A stretch of DNA of 64,000 nt from Lama glama (GCA_028534125.1 CM052818.1:42286001-42350000); one strand, 5' to 3'. Numbered from the stretch's first letter, positions 1-12,868 are shown. Made by a program: numbers and translations. The notes: generated by a model not told the origin, from the sequence alone.

Positions 1-9
1 GAATTAGGA

Positions 10-182
10 CAAGGTGGTTGTGTGGGACTGCCTTGCACGTTGTGGGATGTGTAGCCTAGCATTCCTGCTGTCCTCTCACTTAACGTCAGTAAGTTCCACT
101 AATACTTGAGATGGACCGAAATACCTCCTCAGATTTCCAGAATGCCTCCTGGTGGACGGTTCTGCTCCCATTGAAAACTGTA
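10..182 (-). mobile_element. Degenerate MER20-like hAT-Charlie DNA transposon fragment
   Basis: gggactgccttgcacgttgtgggatgtgtagc...cagatttccagaatgcctcct...ttgaaaactg resembles the recalled MER20 reverse complement; similar to the copy at ~63.7 kb. Confidence 0.55.
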
Positions 183-758
183 ATCATAGACCAATGTCCT
201 GTATCTGGAAATGACAAGTTCATATCAGTCACGTTAGGCAAAGGCGTTATGACTTTGCTAAAAGGAGAAACTCACCTGGTAATTGATGAAGAAAGCTCTC
301 AAGTGAATAGATGAGGTGCATTTTTGTAGCTTGTACAGGCGAATGTGGGTTGTATGCCATGTATCTGAATGTCTTGTAAGACCAGTGTGTCATATGATTT
401 ACAGGAGTTTACAAACGCATGTAGTTTATTATTGTCTCTGGCTAATGAAGAAAAGGATCCTGTTTGGGCTAGTTTTGTCTGAGCAATTTGTGGTTTTTAG
501 CTGAACTTTTAGAGACAGCTTTTTGAGAGTAAGGAGAAAAGGGTGTGTGTGTATGTTATATATACATTAAAAAAAACCCTGATTTCTAGGTAGGTCTGTC
601 ATTTGAGCAAGAATGAAAATTTTTAAATTTCTCTGTAAAAACTAACCCGTAAAAAATGCTGGGCAGTGAGCCTCATGCATTTCAAAACATAAGTAATGAG
701 TCCTCAATTTTCAGTGTTTAAATATTTTGTAACCCAAATTTCAATTCTTATTCAGGTT

Positions 759-2107
759 ATTTATTTATTTATTTAAAAAACTTTATTTTTTGTGTGTACA
801 ACAGTATTTTGGCTTCTGTGTAACTACACCGAGGGCTTTGTTTCTGTCAGTCACCATACAGCTTGACCCCTTAACCCATTTCATTTTCCTGCCACCCGGT
901 TTCCCCTCTGGTAGCCCCTGCTCTGTTCTCTGTATCTATGTGTTTGGTTTCGTTTGCTTTGTTTATTTATTTGTTTGTTTATTTATTTATGTAATACTAA
1001 GATTTGGGTGAAATCACATGGTATTTGTCTTTGTCTGACTTACCTCACTAAGCATAATACCCTCAGGGTCTATCCATGTTGTTGCAAATGCCAAGATTTT
1101 TTTTTTTTATAGCTAAGTCAGTGTTCCATTGTGTATATGTATGTATACACACACACACATACATTTTCTTTATCCATTCATTCACCGATGGGCACTTAGG
1201 TTGTTTCCCTGTCTTGGCTATTGTAATCATGTATCTTTTCAAATTAGTATTTTTATATTCTTTGGATAAATACCCATAAGTCAAACAGCTGGATGATATG
1301 GTAGTTCTGTTTTTAATTTTTTGAGAAATTTCCCACTTTCATGGTAGCTGCAGCAATTTACATTCCCACTAATTGTGTATGAGGGTTTCCTTTCCTTATC
1401 TCCACATCCTCACCAACATTTGTTATTTCTTGCCTTTTTGAAGGTACCCACTATAATGAGAATGAGGTGGTAGCTCACTGTGGTTTTGGTTTGCATTTCC
1501 CTAATTATTAGTGATGTTGAACATCATTTCATGTGCCTGTTGGCCTTCTGATATCTTTGGGAAAAATGTCTGTTCAGCTCCTCTGCCTGTTTTTTAATCA
1601 GGTTTGTTTGTTTTGTTTTGTTTAGTTGTATGAGTTCTTTATATATTTTGGATATTACCCTCTTATGAGATATATGATTCGCAAGTATCTTCTCTAATAT
1701 GGTAGCTTGTTTTTTGATTTGCTGGTGGCTTCTTTTGCTGTGCGGAAACTTTTTAGTTTGTTACAGTCCCGTTTGTTATTTTTGCTTCCGTTGCCCTTTT
1801 CTCCTGGAGGAGACAGATCCAGAAACATGTTGCTAAGACTGATGTCGAAGAGCATACTGCCTGTGTTTTCTTCTGGGGGGTCTTACGGTTTCAGGTCTTA
1901 CATCCAAGTCTTTAATCCACTTGAGTTGATTCTGAGTGTGATGTGAGATAGTGGCCTAGTTCTGTGCTTGTGCATGTAGCTGTCCAGTTTATTGAAAAGA
2001 CTGTCTTCTCTCCATTTTATGTTATTTGCTCCTTTATCAGAAATTAATTGTTCATATAATTCTGTTTCATTGATCTCTATGTCTGTTTTTCTACGAATAC
2101 CAACTTA
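759..2107 (-). mobile_element. 5'-truncated LINE-1 (3' ORF2 + 3' UTR) with long flanking direct repeat
   Basis: (ttta)n tail remnant at left; minus-strand ORF 1063..1284 has L1 ORF2 C-terminal-like TIAKTGKQPKCPSVNEWIKK; typical antisense L1 text (ttgcatttccctaattattagtgatgttgaacatcatttcatgtgcctgttggcc). Confidence 0.92.
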
Positions 2108-2254
2108 AGTGTTTAAATATTTTTTTAACCCAAATTTCAGTCATTCAGGTTTTTTAAAAATAGCACCAGTGAGATAAATGGCCACACTGGAATGCAAAAT
2201 AATCATTTTTTTTACACTTACCTATGTTCTTATTTACTTGTTTGTTTTATCAAT

Positions 2255-2690
2255 ACTTAATTTTTTAGAAGAGTTTTAGGTTTATAGAAAAGTGGAGTAA
2301 GAAGTCTAGAGTTTCCATATACTCCCTTCACTTTTCCCCCTGCCCACCCATTAGTTATCCCTGTTATTAACATCTTGCATTTGAGTAGTACGTTTGTTAC
2401 CACCGAAAAACCAAGATGTCTTTTAGTGGGTGAGTGGATAAATAAACAGTGGTGCATCCACACAGTGGAATATCACTCAGCTCTAAAAGAGAAATGAGCT
2501 GTCAAGCCATGAAAAGATGCGGCAGAAACTCAAATGCCTATTACTAAGTTAAAGAAGCCAATCTGAAAAGGTTACGTATTATATGATTCCAATTATGTGA
2601 CTTTCTAGAAAAGACCAAATAACAGAGACAGAGGATGAGTGATTGCCAGGGGCTGGTGGGGGTGGAAGAGTAGGAGATGGAGAGTCTCCT
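2255..2690. mobile_element. Old L1 (L1MB-like) 3' UTR in two oppositely oriented pieces
   Basis: 2255-~2410 is the antisense extreme 3' end (ttttttagaagagttttaggtttatagaaaag...); ~2411-2690 is the sense upstream part (gagtggataaataaacagtggtgcatccacacagtggaatat...). Confidence 0.75.
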
Positions 2691-2799
2691 AACACCGGTA
2701 CTTGCAGCTCTGCTGACGAGTCTGCTTATTTTCAGTCTGGTCCATTTCCAGTCGTCGTCCAGTAAGTACTTCCTTGAATGTTCTTTCCAAAGTGTAAGT

Positions 2800-3295
2800 C
2801 TATTTATGGCAGGCCTCAGTCGAAAACCCTTTGGTAACACTTGCGTTTCAGGATAAACTGCGAATTCCTTAGCTCAGCACATGACATTCTTTTTGATCTG
2901 GCCTGTCCCTGCTGCTCTGGCCTTGTTTTTCATCACTTCACTTCGTACCTTCTTTTCATTTTATGGAATGAACTGTGCTGTCACATCTCTGCCTTCCATG
3001 CTGTCCCCCTGCCCCTCTTCTTTCTTCACTTCCTAATATCCATTGATTCTTTAAAACTCATTTTAGGTGTTCTCCCCTCTGGGGGATTGTGTGACACTCT
3101 CAGGTCGGGCTCCATGCCCTCATCTTTGACATCCCAGTCATCCTAACTCCATTTTGGTCGTTAGTTTACCGGACTATGTTTCCGTACGAGATGGAGACAT
3201 CTTTGAAGGAAGAGATCCCGTCTTACTCAGTTTTGTATTCCTAACACCTAGAATGGTATTCGGCTCATAGTCAGGCCTCAGTGAATAATTGTTAC
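2800..3295 (+). mobile_element. LINE-2 3' fragment
   Basis: degenerate L2 3' end (tttgtattcctaacacctagaatggtattcggctcatagtcaggcctcagtgaataattgtt). Confidence 0.6.
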
Positions 3296-4281
3296 TCTAG
3301 GGGTAAGGAGGGAGTAAGGGGGAGGTTAAGGCCACATTAGATGATTTTTGCCATCAGTCAGAATATGCCATTTCCTAGAAGGGAACTGTGATTAAATCAC
3401 AGTGACTGATTTGTCAGAGCCCAGCTAAATTTTTCACCTTTAATTTTAGTTTTTTTGTGCAGTACACCACAGGATGTAGCTTATTATCTGGATATTTATA
3501 TTTTGGATAAATATGTTGTAAGAAAAGGCTGAATCCAGATGATGCTACGGCAGAAAGGTCCCGTAGGAGACTTGGTTGGGTCTAGCTCATACTTCTTTTG
3601 TCAAATCTTATTGTATATTTGTTTGAAATAAACTACTTGGCTATATTTTTGAAGAAAAAATATGTAATTCCATAAACCTGATCAAGTGATAGGAGTGAAA
3701 CTGCTGCGTACTGAGTATCTGTAGGAAAATCATTCTTACTTTGGTCTAAGAGAAGTCTAAATACTTGAATTGAGAGAGAAAGTGTCTACCAGAGTTAGTC
3801 ATTCAGCAAGTATTTACTGAATGTCTTCTATGTGGGAGGTGTTATGGAAGGATAGGTACTGAAAGGAATATGGAAGCAGAACATTCTTTTTGAGGCAGAG
3901 TGGTATAGTAAAAACAGGGTTAATTTGGCATTATCACTAGCTATGTTTTTTTTTTCCCTGATTGTTAATGTTTTGAGAATTTAATAGAAGTATGTGTAAA
4001 TCTGCTCTCTCAACTGCAATGCTCTAACGAATTTAAGATGATTGTCTTTCTCTTGTTTTTATTCTCAGTATTTCTTGCTGATTATTTGATTCTTTTGAGA
4101 CAGTGTGATGTATTTGATAAAGAACTCTAATGTCTTTGTACCAAATAAAAAATGTATGTTATTGGTAATGCGATTTGTATATAAAATGATTATAAGAATT
4201 GGATTCTATGCTGGGGGCTTTTACTTTAGAATATGTGGGAAAAATACATTACTCAAACTTACTGTCTCCTTTCCATTTTAG

Positions 4282-4467
4282 GTTGACTGTGCATTGTCAC
4301 TTATTCGACTTGGAATGGAGCGGAATATCCCTGGTTTGCTGGCTCTCTGTGATAATTTGGTTACTCTGGAAGCGTTGGTTTATGAAGCTGGGTGTGATTT
4401 AACCCTAACCCTGAAAGAACTCCAGCAGATGAAAGACATTGAAAAACTCAGATTGCTGATGAATAGC
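4282..4467 (+). CDS. NBAS: NBAS internal coding exon (186 nt; ~human exon 24)
   Basis: ttttag|GTTGACTGT...AATAGC|gtaggt; encodes VDCALSLIRLGMERNIPGLLALCDNLVTLEALVYEAGCDLTLTLKELQQMKDIEKLRLLMNS, recognisable NBAS Sec39-region sequence; phase 0/0. Confidence 0.96.
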
Positions 4468-5969
4468 GTAGGTTTTATTTTAACTTTCTTTTTAGGCATT
4501 CCTTGTGTGCTCTGATTAATGTGTGTCTCAAAGCCAAAGATGTGGTGTTCTTCAACCCAGAGAACTTAGTCAAGGTTTCTAGACTTAAAAAAAAAAACCA
4601 AATATAATGAGTAAATAACTGAAGGCATCCAAAACCATTTTGGCTATTTTTACACCTTCTTTGCCCTTCACTCGTACGCGTCAGATGTAACTTTTCCCCC
4701 TCCCTTCTAGCTAGGCATATTTCTAAACTAGCTGTCAGTCTAGAAATGGTGTTTCTAATCCTTCTGTTAAAATTCCCAACTACTTATATTTATTCCAATA
4801 TCTTAAAAAAAAAAAAAAGTACCGGAGTCCAGAGGGCTGGCTGGGTGGTTGTGTGAAGAAAGCATCTTGGCTCCAGCGTTGAGCACACACAGGAGCATTT
4901 GCCCTGCCATTGTTAGATTTTTGGAGGAGTCGCTTCTGGGGAGAAAGTACAGTCTTCAGAGTTAGGAACTGATTCCTACTAAGTCCGCTGAGTAGAGAGG
5001 GCCACCTCTGAGACAAGAATGTTGGGCCTTGGAGGTGCTGGCTGCCAAGCGATGCTCTTTTGAGCCTTTTGCTCTCGGGTGCCTGGCTTGAATGGGCTGG
5101 AGAAAGGGGTGCGGCTGGATCTGCTCTCGCTCGTTCTTTCTTTTCCCATACTTTTTTCTCATTTCCTTTTTTTCTCATCCCTCTCACCATCTTTTTTTCC
5201 TCTTACCAACCACCCTTTTCTCTCTCCTTCTATCCCTACCTTCCTTTTCTCTTGCTAACTTCTTTTCATCAAGATCCACCCAATGAAAATTAAGTTGTTA
5301 CATGCAAGACACCACTTAAGAGATTCAAGCGTTTCTCCTGAGATAATTAAGTGAAGAGACTGTGGAGTTTCAGGGATAATAAGCAAGATGATTTGCGTCA
5401 TTTGGAGTTTTTGAAGATGGACGTGCAGGGGTAGAACAAACAGAAGAGGAAAAGGACGGGAGAGAGTCTAGGATTTTATGGATGAGACTCTTTCCTCAAG
5501 TGGCTCCTTTCCAGAGTTTCTTTATGCTTGTTCTCTGCCCTTTTCTGTTTCACACCTCCTGTTGGCCTGCGGTCTTTCTCTTTCCGTCTCTGATTCTTTT
5601 AACACAAACACACGCGTACACTGTGGGATGGGGCCCCTCTGTGCTCCGGAAGACCTCGTGACCGACTGGTAGTAGCAGCATCAGCGTGTCTGTCTTCCAG
5701 AGCTGGGTTCAGGCCGTGAGGCCCCAGAGTGACCGTGGCATGAAGAGGTGGGCCTCCGCGCCCTGCTGTTGGGGGCTCAGGCAGCCGCGGGCGGAGGCTG
5801 GTTCTCCTGCCGCCTCTGTCTTGTGAGGGGGGAACCGGAGTGTCTGTTTTAGAAAGCATTGGGCTTTTATTGTTTAACCTGAGTCTGATTATCTTTGAGT
5901 TCTGTAACTTGCTGTCTGTTATTATCAGGTGTTTAACGTGTGTTTTGCTTTGGTTAATTACACTTACAG

Positions 5970-6143
5970 TGTTCCGAGGACAAGTATGTGACAAGTGCCT
6001 ACCAGTGGATGGTTCCCTTTCTGCATCGTTGTGAGAAGCAGTCTCCCGGCGTGGCTAATGAGCTCTTAAAAGAGTATTTAGTAACTTTAGCCAAAGCGGA
6101 CTTGAAATTTCCCCTGAAGATATTTCAGCATTCCAAGCCTGAT
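5970..6143 (+). CDS. NBAS: NBAS coding exon (174 nt)
   Basis: ttacag|TGTTCCGAG...CCTGAT|gtaagt; CSEDKYVTSAYQWMVPFLHRCEKQSPGVANELLKEYLVTLAKADLKFPLKIFQHSKPD; phase 0/0. Confidence 0.96.
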
Positions 6144-6409
6144 GTAAGTAGAAACTTTAACTTCTTAAAAATCTCTGTACTTTTTCCCCTACAGAATTAG
6201 GTTTTATTTCTCAATTTTTTTAATAATAGGCTTTGCAAGTAATTTCCCTTTAAACAGAAAAGGAAATAGTTGTCATTTTATTCTTTAAAAATGTTTCAGC
6301 AGTTGAGTCCAAAAATTTTGGGGAAGTTCATAAGATTATGTTTATCTTAATTGATTTACTCCGAAGTCTGTTCACTCTACTATATTATGGAAAAGGCAGT
6401 ATCAAAAAG

Positions 6410-6645
6410 ACTAATAGTTGTAAGGTATTGAGTTCTTACTAAGGGCAGGTGCTTTACAAGTATTAAATCATTTAATCCTTATAACAATCCTCTGAGGTAG
6501 TTATTTTTATAACATTAATATTAATAGAAAAGGAAAATCGTGATATGGAGTGGCCAGGCAATTGGCCAGGGTCATAGTGAGGAGTGGAACTTGGGTTCAA
6601 ATATAGATTTTCTAATTTCCTAGCTGTGCTCTTAACCATATGCTT
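6410..6645 (-). mobile_element. MIR SINE
   Basis: gtgctttacaagtattaaatcatttaatccttataacaatcctctgaggtag...tgctcttaacca matches the MIR core in reverse. Confidence 0.7.
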
Positions 6646-6746
6646 TATCATAACCCCAATAGGAGAAGAAAAGGTTTTTGCCATTGAGGGCCTTCAAAAT
6701 ATTTATTAAAATCTTTAAGATCTCATAGGATCTTGTAATTACTCTT

Positions 6747-6873
6747 TTAAAAATATTTCTATTACTGATTTATTTATTTATTATTATTGTTTTTAACAGA
6801 GGTATTGGCAGTTGAACCCAGTACTTTGTGCATGCTAAGCACGTGCTCCACCACTGAGTTATACCCACCGCAC
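6747..6873 (-). mobile_element. tRNA(Ala)-derived SINE resembling camelid Vic-1, with 16-bp TSD
   Basis: minus strand gggtataactcagtggtggagcacgtgcttagcatgcacaaagtactgggttcaact (A box, AGC loop, B box) plus A-rich tail; TSD tcttgtaatta(c/t)tctt at 6731-6746 and 6874-6889. Confidence 0.85.
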
Positions 6874-9800
6874 TCTTGTAATTATTCTTAATGATGCTTC
6901 TATGTGCTTAAGACTGATCTATCTATATTTCTATAGGGTTTAAATAGTTGTTCAGATTTGCCGGAGGTAAGTCATTTGTTATGTGCAGCCTACTTTTGCA
7001 ATGTACGTGACCTCTTAATTTAGCCACAAATCAATGCTGTTTCAAGGGAGAGTGGCTCCCTTTTCATTGACTCAAGCAAGTGGTGTAATTACTCGAAGCA
7101 CTGACTTCGTAGTGAGATTTAAAGTGTTAGGTTGGGGTTCATGCAGGAGCCATTGAAGGCCCCTCCCAGTCCTAAATTCTAACTGAATGTACTTCTTGTA
7201 CTGCCTTTGTTAGCAATCTGAAGTCCTCGAAGCTGTATGGTCGTGGACCAGAATAATCAAGATAAGAAGGAAAACATTGCTTAGTTAACCTCACACATTC
7301 TTTGGTTTCTGAAAGGGTTGTCTGTTGGAAATATCTCTGTTCGTTGGCTGTTTAGAGTTCTCCATCTTCTCATAAGCAGTTTCCACTTAGTATTCTGACT
7401 TTAAACGTGGCATGGTTTACTGTGAACCGAGGGTGGGTTGCTTATGGCAACCTGTGTGAGAAGCAGGATGGATTGACTGTGAATGTTTTATGAGGAAGAA
7501 GGAAATGACTTCAGATTCTTTCCAGGAATCTTGTTTGTGATCCTTCTTCCTTACGGAGTCTCACAAATCCTTTGTATGTAGTCAGCTTTCTGTTTTTACT
7601 TGGCAATTTTGCATGTGCCTTTTGAATAAAACATACAGCCATTTGCCTTTGTTGAAATACGTCAACATCGGGGCAGAGAACAACCGTGTTGCTGGGCTCC
7701 TCTTTTCCAGTCCCACCTATTTCTCTCCATGTTATCTTTCCGCAGCACAGTTTTGATCATGTCATGATCTGTGGAGAATCTCTGGTGGCCTACCATTGCC
7801 TGCAGGCCACCAGAGATTCTCCGTAGATCATGACATGAAACAGTGGGCTCTCCAGAGTGGCTTGGAAGGTTCTCTGCCATCTGTTTCTAGTCTCTGTCTT
7901 CAGCCTCATTCCCCTCCATGAATGCACTAGTCCACTCCCACTAACTCCTCACCTCTTCGCCCTGTCAGGTTCTTTCATGCCTCTTTGTGTTCTAGGCTAT
8001 TTCATTTGTTTGGGATGGTCAGGCTCCTTTCCTCATTTAACAAATACCTACCCATCCTTCAAGATCCTGCTCTCCAGGAGTTTTATGACGTGTTTTTAAA
8101 GTCTGATAAGGGTAGTCATCCTCTGTAGTATTTTTTCCCCAGTTTTTTTAAAGTTGTTTTTGTATATTTGTGTTTCTGTCTGAATTTTAGTATAGTGTTA
8201 AAGTCACTCTATTCAAGAATAGGGGAAATCATTCTATTTGCTCATATCTTTCTCAGTGTCTTTCAGGAGTGTTTAAAATTTTTCCTCATAGAGGTTTTGC
8301 ACATTTCTTGTTAATTTATTACAAAGCACTTGATTTTCTCTGTTTATATTACAAATTGAGTTTTCTTTACCCTCATTTCCTCTGTTTATTGTTTGTGTAC
8401 ATGAAAGTTACTGATTTTGTATTCAGCTACTTCTCTGATTTTTTTTGTTGCTTGCTTCTCCAGGGTTTTCCAGGTATTCTATCTTGACGTCTATTGTTCT
8501 TTCTCTTGTTGTCTAGAAGTACATAATTTTAAGACTTTATTTAAAAAATTATGACTTTCTTACATTTTAGCTTGCTCTGCAATATGGGAGGTAATTTGCT
8601 GCCCATGGTGGGGAAAACTTACTGTCTTCTTAGAAAGTCCTAGGTGGGCTCTCTTACATTAACTTGAGGTAGAGCAAATGTGATGGTTTAATAATGACTG
8701 CTGAGTTACAGGCACAAGAATGATGGAAATAAAGAGAAGTGTCTTACACTATATAAACTTAGACATCTTGTAGAGACTCTAATAAGACAACAATGAAAAG
8801 GGTCTTAAATGTGAGCCTTATGATTCATGTACACAGTAGATTGTATTAAGAAAGGTATGCTGAGTGGCACAGGAAGCAGAGAAAAAGGTTCCTAAGGAGA
8901 ACAGAGAGGAAACAGGATTCATGTACGACCAAGTGCCTGGAGAAGGCATTCCAGGTAGGAGTAGAATAAGACAAGGAGACATAATCAGACTAATACCATA
9001 TTTAGATAAAGGCAAGTAATTCAACTTGCGTGAACTAAAACCTTGAGTAGGAAGGTTCATAGGACCAGGAAAGTGGGTCGGCACCGGGCCACGCAGGAGC
9101 TTGAGTGGAAGGCACAAAGATGACTCTTGATCTTTCATGGTGAAGGTCTGCTGAAGGGTTTGCAACCCAGGGTTTTGAACATACCTGATCAAATATGGGC
9201 TCTGGAACATTTAACTCTCAAGCGACACATTAATGTCTCAGGGAGGGAAAGACAGGAGGCAGGAAGACAGAGGAAAACATCAAGGACTCTGGCTTCATTT
9301 TCAGCTGGTTTCCCAAGTTGTTGCTTGGCTGAAACTGGTTTCAGTTTTTCATCTTCCCCAGATGCTCTCTCACCATGTATGAGTTGTTTACTACCCTGCT
9401 TTTCTCAGTCTCTCGCCCTCCTCTGCACATGAAGCTCTTCTCCAGGGTGATGAGAGCCTATGCTTAGCTTCAGCTCCAGAGCCAGTCGCTCACGATCCAG
9501 TGCTGGCTTGACCGTGACCAGCTCTGGGACTCGAGCCAGTTGTTTGTCGTCCCGGTGCCTTGATTGTCCTTTTATGTAAAATAAATGATACCAGTACTGA
9601 CCTCACAGTGTTGTTTCGAGGGTTTATGAATTAATGCATGTAAAATGCTTAGAAATAGTACCTGGCACACAATAAGAAAATGGGAAAAGTTAGCTAGTTC
9701 CATTAATTTTTTACTAATATTTACTTTTATTGTGCCCTGCCTGTCCCTATTTCACCAGCTTGTCATTTTGCGACCTTGGATAACTAACTCTTTGTCAAGT

Positions 9801-10864
9801 GCTGTTGTTAAATTAATGATATATTTCTTTTTTTTTAATACCAGAAGACATATATGTATATAACTCCTTTAACCCCACTATGTTAGAAAACCTTTCTTCC
9901 CTGGTAACCTTGAATGTTTATTTCTGTCCGTTTTTTTCTTTTCATCCACTGATGTGATTTTTTTTTTTTTTTACTAAGAAACTGCCTTTTCTTGGCAGCT
10001 TCTCTCCATCACTTTCCGATCTGTTTTGTGAGTTTCTACTAAAATGTTGTAGATCTTTATTATGGAAATTAAACGTATTTTGTTGTTGAAAAGGGCTTAA
10101 AGAAAATAGTTTCAAACTTCCATTTTAGTTTTGTGGTGATAATATAAGCATTCTACATGTATTGATTTATTTCATCCTCACAACAATGCTATTAGGAAGA
10201 TGTTAATATCCCAGTTTTATAGATGAGAAAAACAAGGCTCAAATCTGTTATTTTTGTATCCCAGAAAATACTCTTAAGAATGAGAATCTGTGGTTTGCAA
10301 GGTGAAGGTGACCCAGCATAGCACCTTTCTGCATCAGAAATACGGAGTATATTCTGTGATATCCATGTTATTACATCACAGTGTGACTTCTTTCAAATAA
10401 GATGTCAGTACTGTTTAGTTAAATGACTAATGTATAATGCATACTGAAAAATAGCAGGTTTGAACATCTCTGAATATTAGTTAAGGAATTTTATATATTT
10501 TTTGTGATTGAAACACATAAAATTTGGCTTTAGGGTTAGAAATGTTTTTAATGAATTACCTTTTTAATTCACTGTTTCTTCTGTCTGCTTTATCTTGAAT
10601 GGGTCATAAATTGAAGATTCTATTTTCAACAGATGCAGAGCTTTTGGGCACAAATTATCTTTTCTAGCTGTTCTGTAATTAAAATTCAATTTCATTTAGA
10701 ATTATTAAAGACCCCAAAAGTCTGAAAGCTAAAGAAAAACCAAGATTTGTTTCTGCAGCTGATTAATTGCATTATTTAATATTCTATTGACATTAGTACT
10801 GGAATATGGAAAAACTGACTGTAAACCCATTGACGTTTAGTACAACATGCTTTATATTCTCTAG

Positions 10865-10998
10865 TTGCAGCAAAAAATCATTCCTGATCAGGACCAACTG
10901 ATGGCAGTAGCACTAGATTGCATCTATAACTGTGAACGAAATGACCAACTCTCTCTTTGCTATGACATCTTAGAATGTCTGCCCCAAAGAGGATACGG
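10865..10998 (+). CDS. NBAS: NBAS coding exon (134 nt)
   Basis: ctctag|TTGCAGCAA...TACGG|gtaaga; LQQKIIPDQDQLMAVALDCIYNCERNDQLSLCYDILECLPQRGY(G); phase 0/2. Confidence 0.95.
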
Positions 10999-11444
10999 GT
11001 AAGAACCCACAGTACATTGATTTTATGGTTGTGTCTTTTTACTCGAACAGTTAAAATGAAAATGTTGCTTCCCTGAATGTTCATTGTAGAGACTTTTGGG
11101 AATATAAAAAAAAATAAAGAAGAGAATGAAATCATCTTGCAAACCTGTTGCCTAGGGATGAACTTCTGTTTTTCTAACAGTATATGGGAAGTAACTGTAG
11201 TTTTGTCAACATTGATAATTAATTATCCATTAAAACACAAACAAAAATGCCACTGCCACCACAAAAAAAAAGTAGTTCCTTAAGTTGATAGTTAATGATA
11301 CCTCTTTGTGGGAAGTTGTGTTTCTAATTAAGCATTTTTTCACATTTGTGGACTAGTATATTTATTTCTTCTATGAATTGTTTTTGGCCCTTACCTAGAG
11401 TAAAACTTTAAAGTAGTAATGTATGAATATACATAACTTAGTTT

Positions 11445-12195
11445 TTTCTTTCCATTGTATTGAGATATAATTAACATATAACACTGTGTAAGTTTAAGGT
11501 TTATAACAATGACTTGGCTTACATACATTGTGAAATGATTAGCGCAATAAGTTTAGTTAAAAAGCATCATCACTTACAGATACAAAAAAAAAAACCTTGT
11601 GTTTTTTCCTTCTGATAAGGACTTTTAGGATTTACTCTCCTAGCAACTTTCAAATATAACAGACATAAGTGTTAACTATAGTCCTCATGTTGTACATTAC
11701 ATCCCAGTACTTATTTATCTTATAACTGGAAGTTTGTGCCTTCTGACCACCTTCATTCAGTTCCTCACCTCCCACTTCTGGTTACCACAAATCTGATCTC
11801 TCTTTCTGTGATTTTTTTTTTTAAGATTCTGCATATAAGTGAAATCATAGAGTGTTTGTCTTTCTCTGTCTGACATATTTCACTTAGCATAAAGCCCTCA
11901 AGGTTCATCCATGTTATCATAAATGGTGAGACTTCCTTCTTATTTATGGCTGAATACTATTCCTGTGTCTGTCTGTGAGTGTGTCTGTGTGAGTTATCAA
12001 CATTTTCTTTATCCACTTCATCCTTTGATGGACACTTAAATTGAGTCTGTGTCTTGGCTATTATAAATAGTGATGCAGTGAACATGGGGTGCAGATAGCT
12101 CTTTGACATAGTGATTTTGTTTTCTTCAGATGTGTACCCAGAAGTAGAATTGCCGAATCATGTGGTAGTTCTATTTTTAATTTTTTGAGGAATGC
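11445..12195 (-). mobile_element. LINE-1 3' end (L1MA-like), antisense
   Basis: ttgagatataattaacatataacactgtgtaagtttaagg...ggtagttctatttttaattttttgaggaa, canonical antisense L1 3' UTR. Confidence 0.88.
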
Positions 12196-12868
12196 ATATA
12201 CAAAATTTTTAACTGGGCTTATGTTTAAATAGAAATTTATGTAACATTCTTTTGGATCATTTAGTTATATGCAAATCAGATTTATATTTTCTCTTTTGAA
12301 GTCACACAACAATCATTCCTTTAATCTCTCTTCTAACATGTAGTACATATTATAAATTTGATATTTGGAGAAGTTAATAAGAGTACATGAAAGAACACTG
12401 AATGAACATTTAGTGTACCTGTTTCTAAGCCTTTGTGGCTTCTTCTGAGTCACTTAACTTCTCTGGTCATTCGTTTTCTCATTTGCAAAATCAGGTATTT
12501 AGACAAGAAGTCCTCATGCTCTGTTTTCTCATTTTCTTTGCTCTTTATTTTTCTGCTGTCCCTGTCTTCTTCTCCCCCCCTCTCTCTTCCTTCCAAGGAA
12601 ATTTTTATTTTTTTGTGAAATGAATGCTAGAAGTCACTAATTTTGCAACCCAGTGTGAAATTATTTTTTTCATGTAGTCGCTAATGGTACAGAAATCAGG
12701 TGAAAAATTGATGGGAAAAGGATAAGGCTGAAATTTTCCCTAGTCAGCATAATATTGTTATATGTTAAGTAAAAGGGAAACTTTTTTTTCTAACTTAGTG
12801 AGTTTGGTATTTTAGGTAAAGAGCTACTACTAAAACTTAATTTTAATTCTTTTTTCTTAATCCTTTAG

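Noticed and set aside
6795..6870. Functional tRNA-Ala(AGC) gene
   Set aside because: Mismatched stems, an A-rich tail and a TSD show it is a retroposed SINE.
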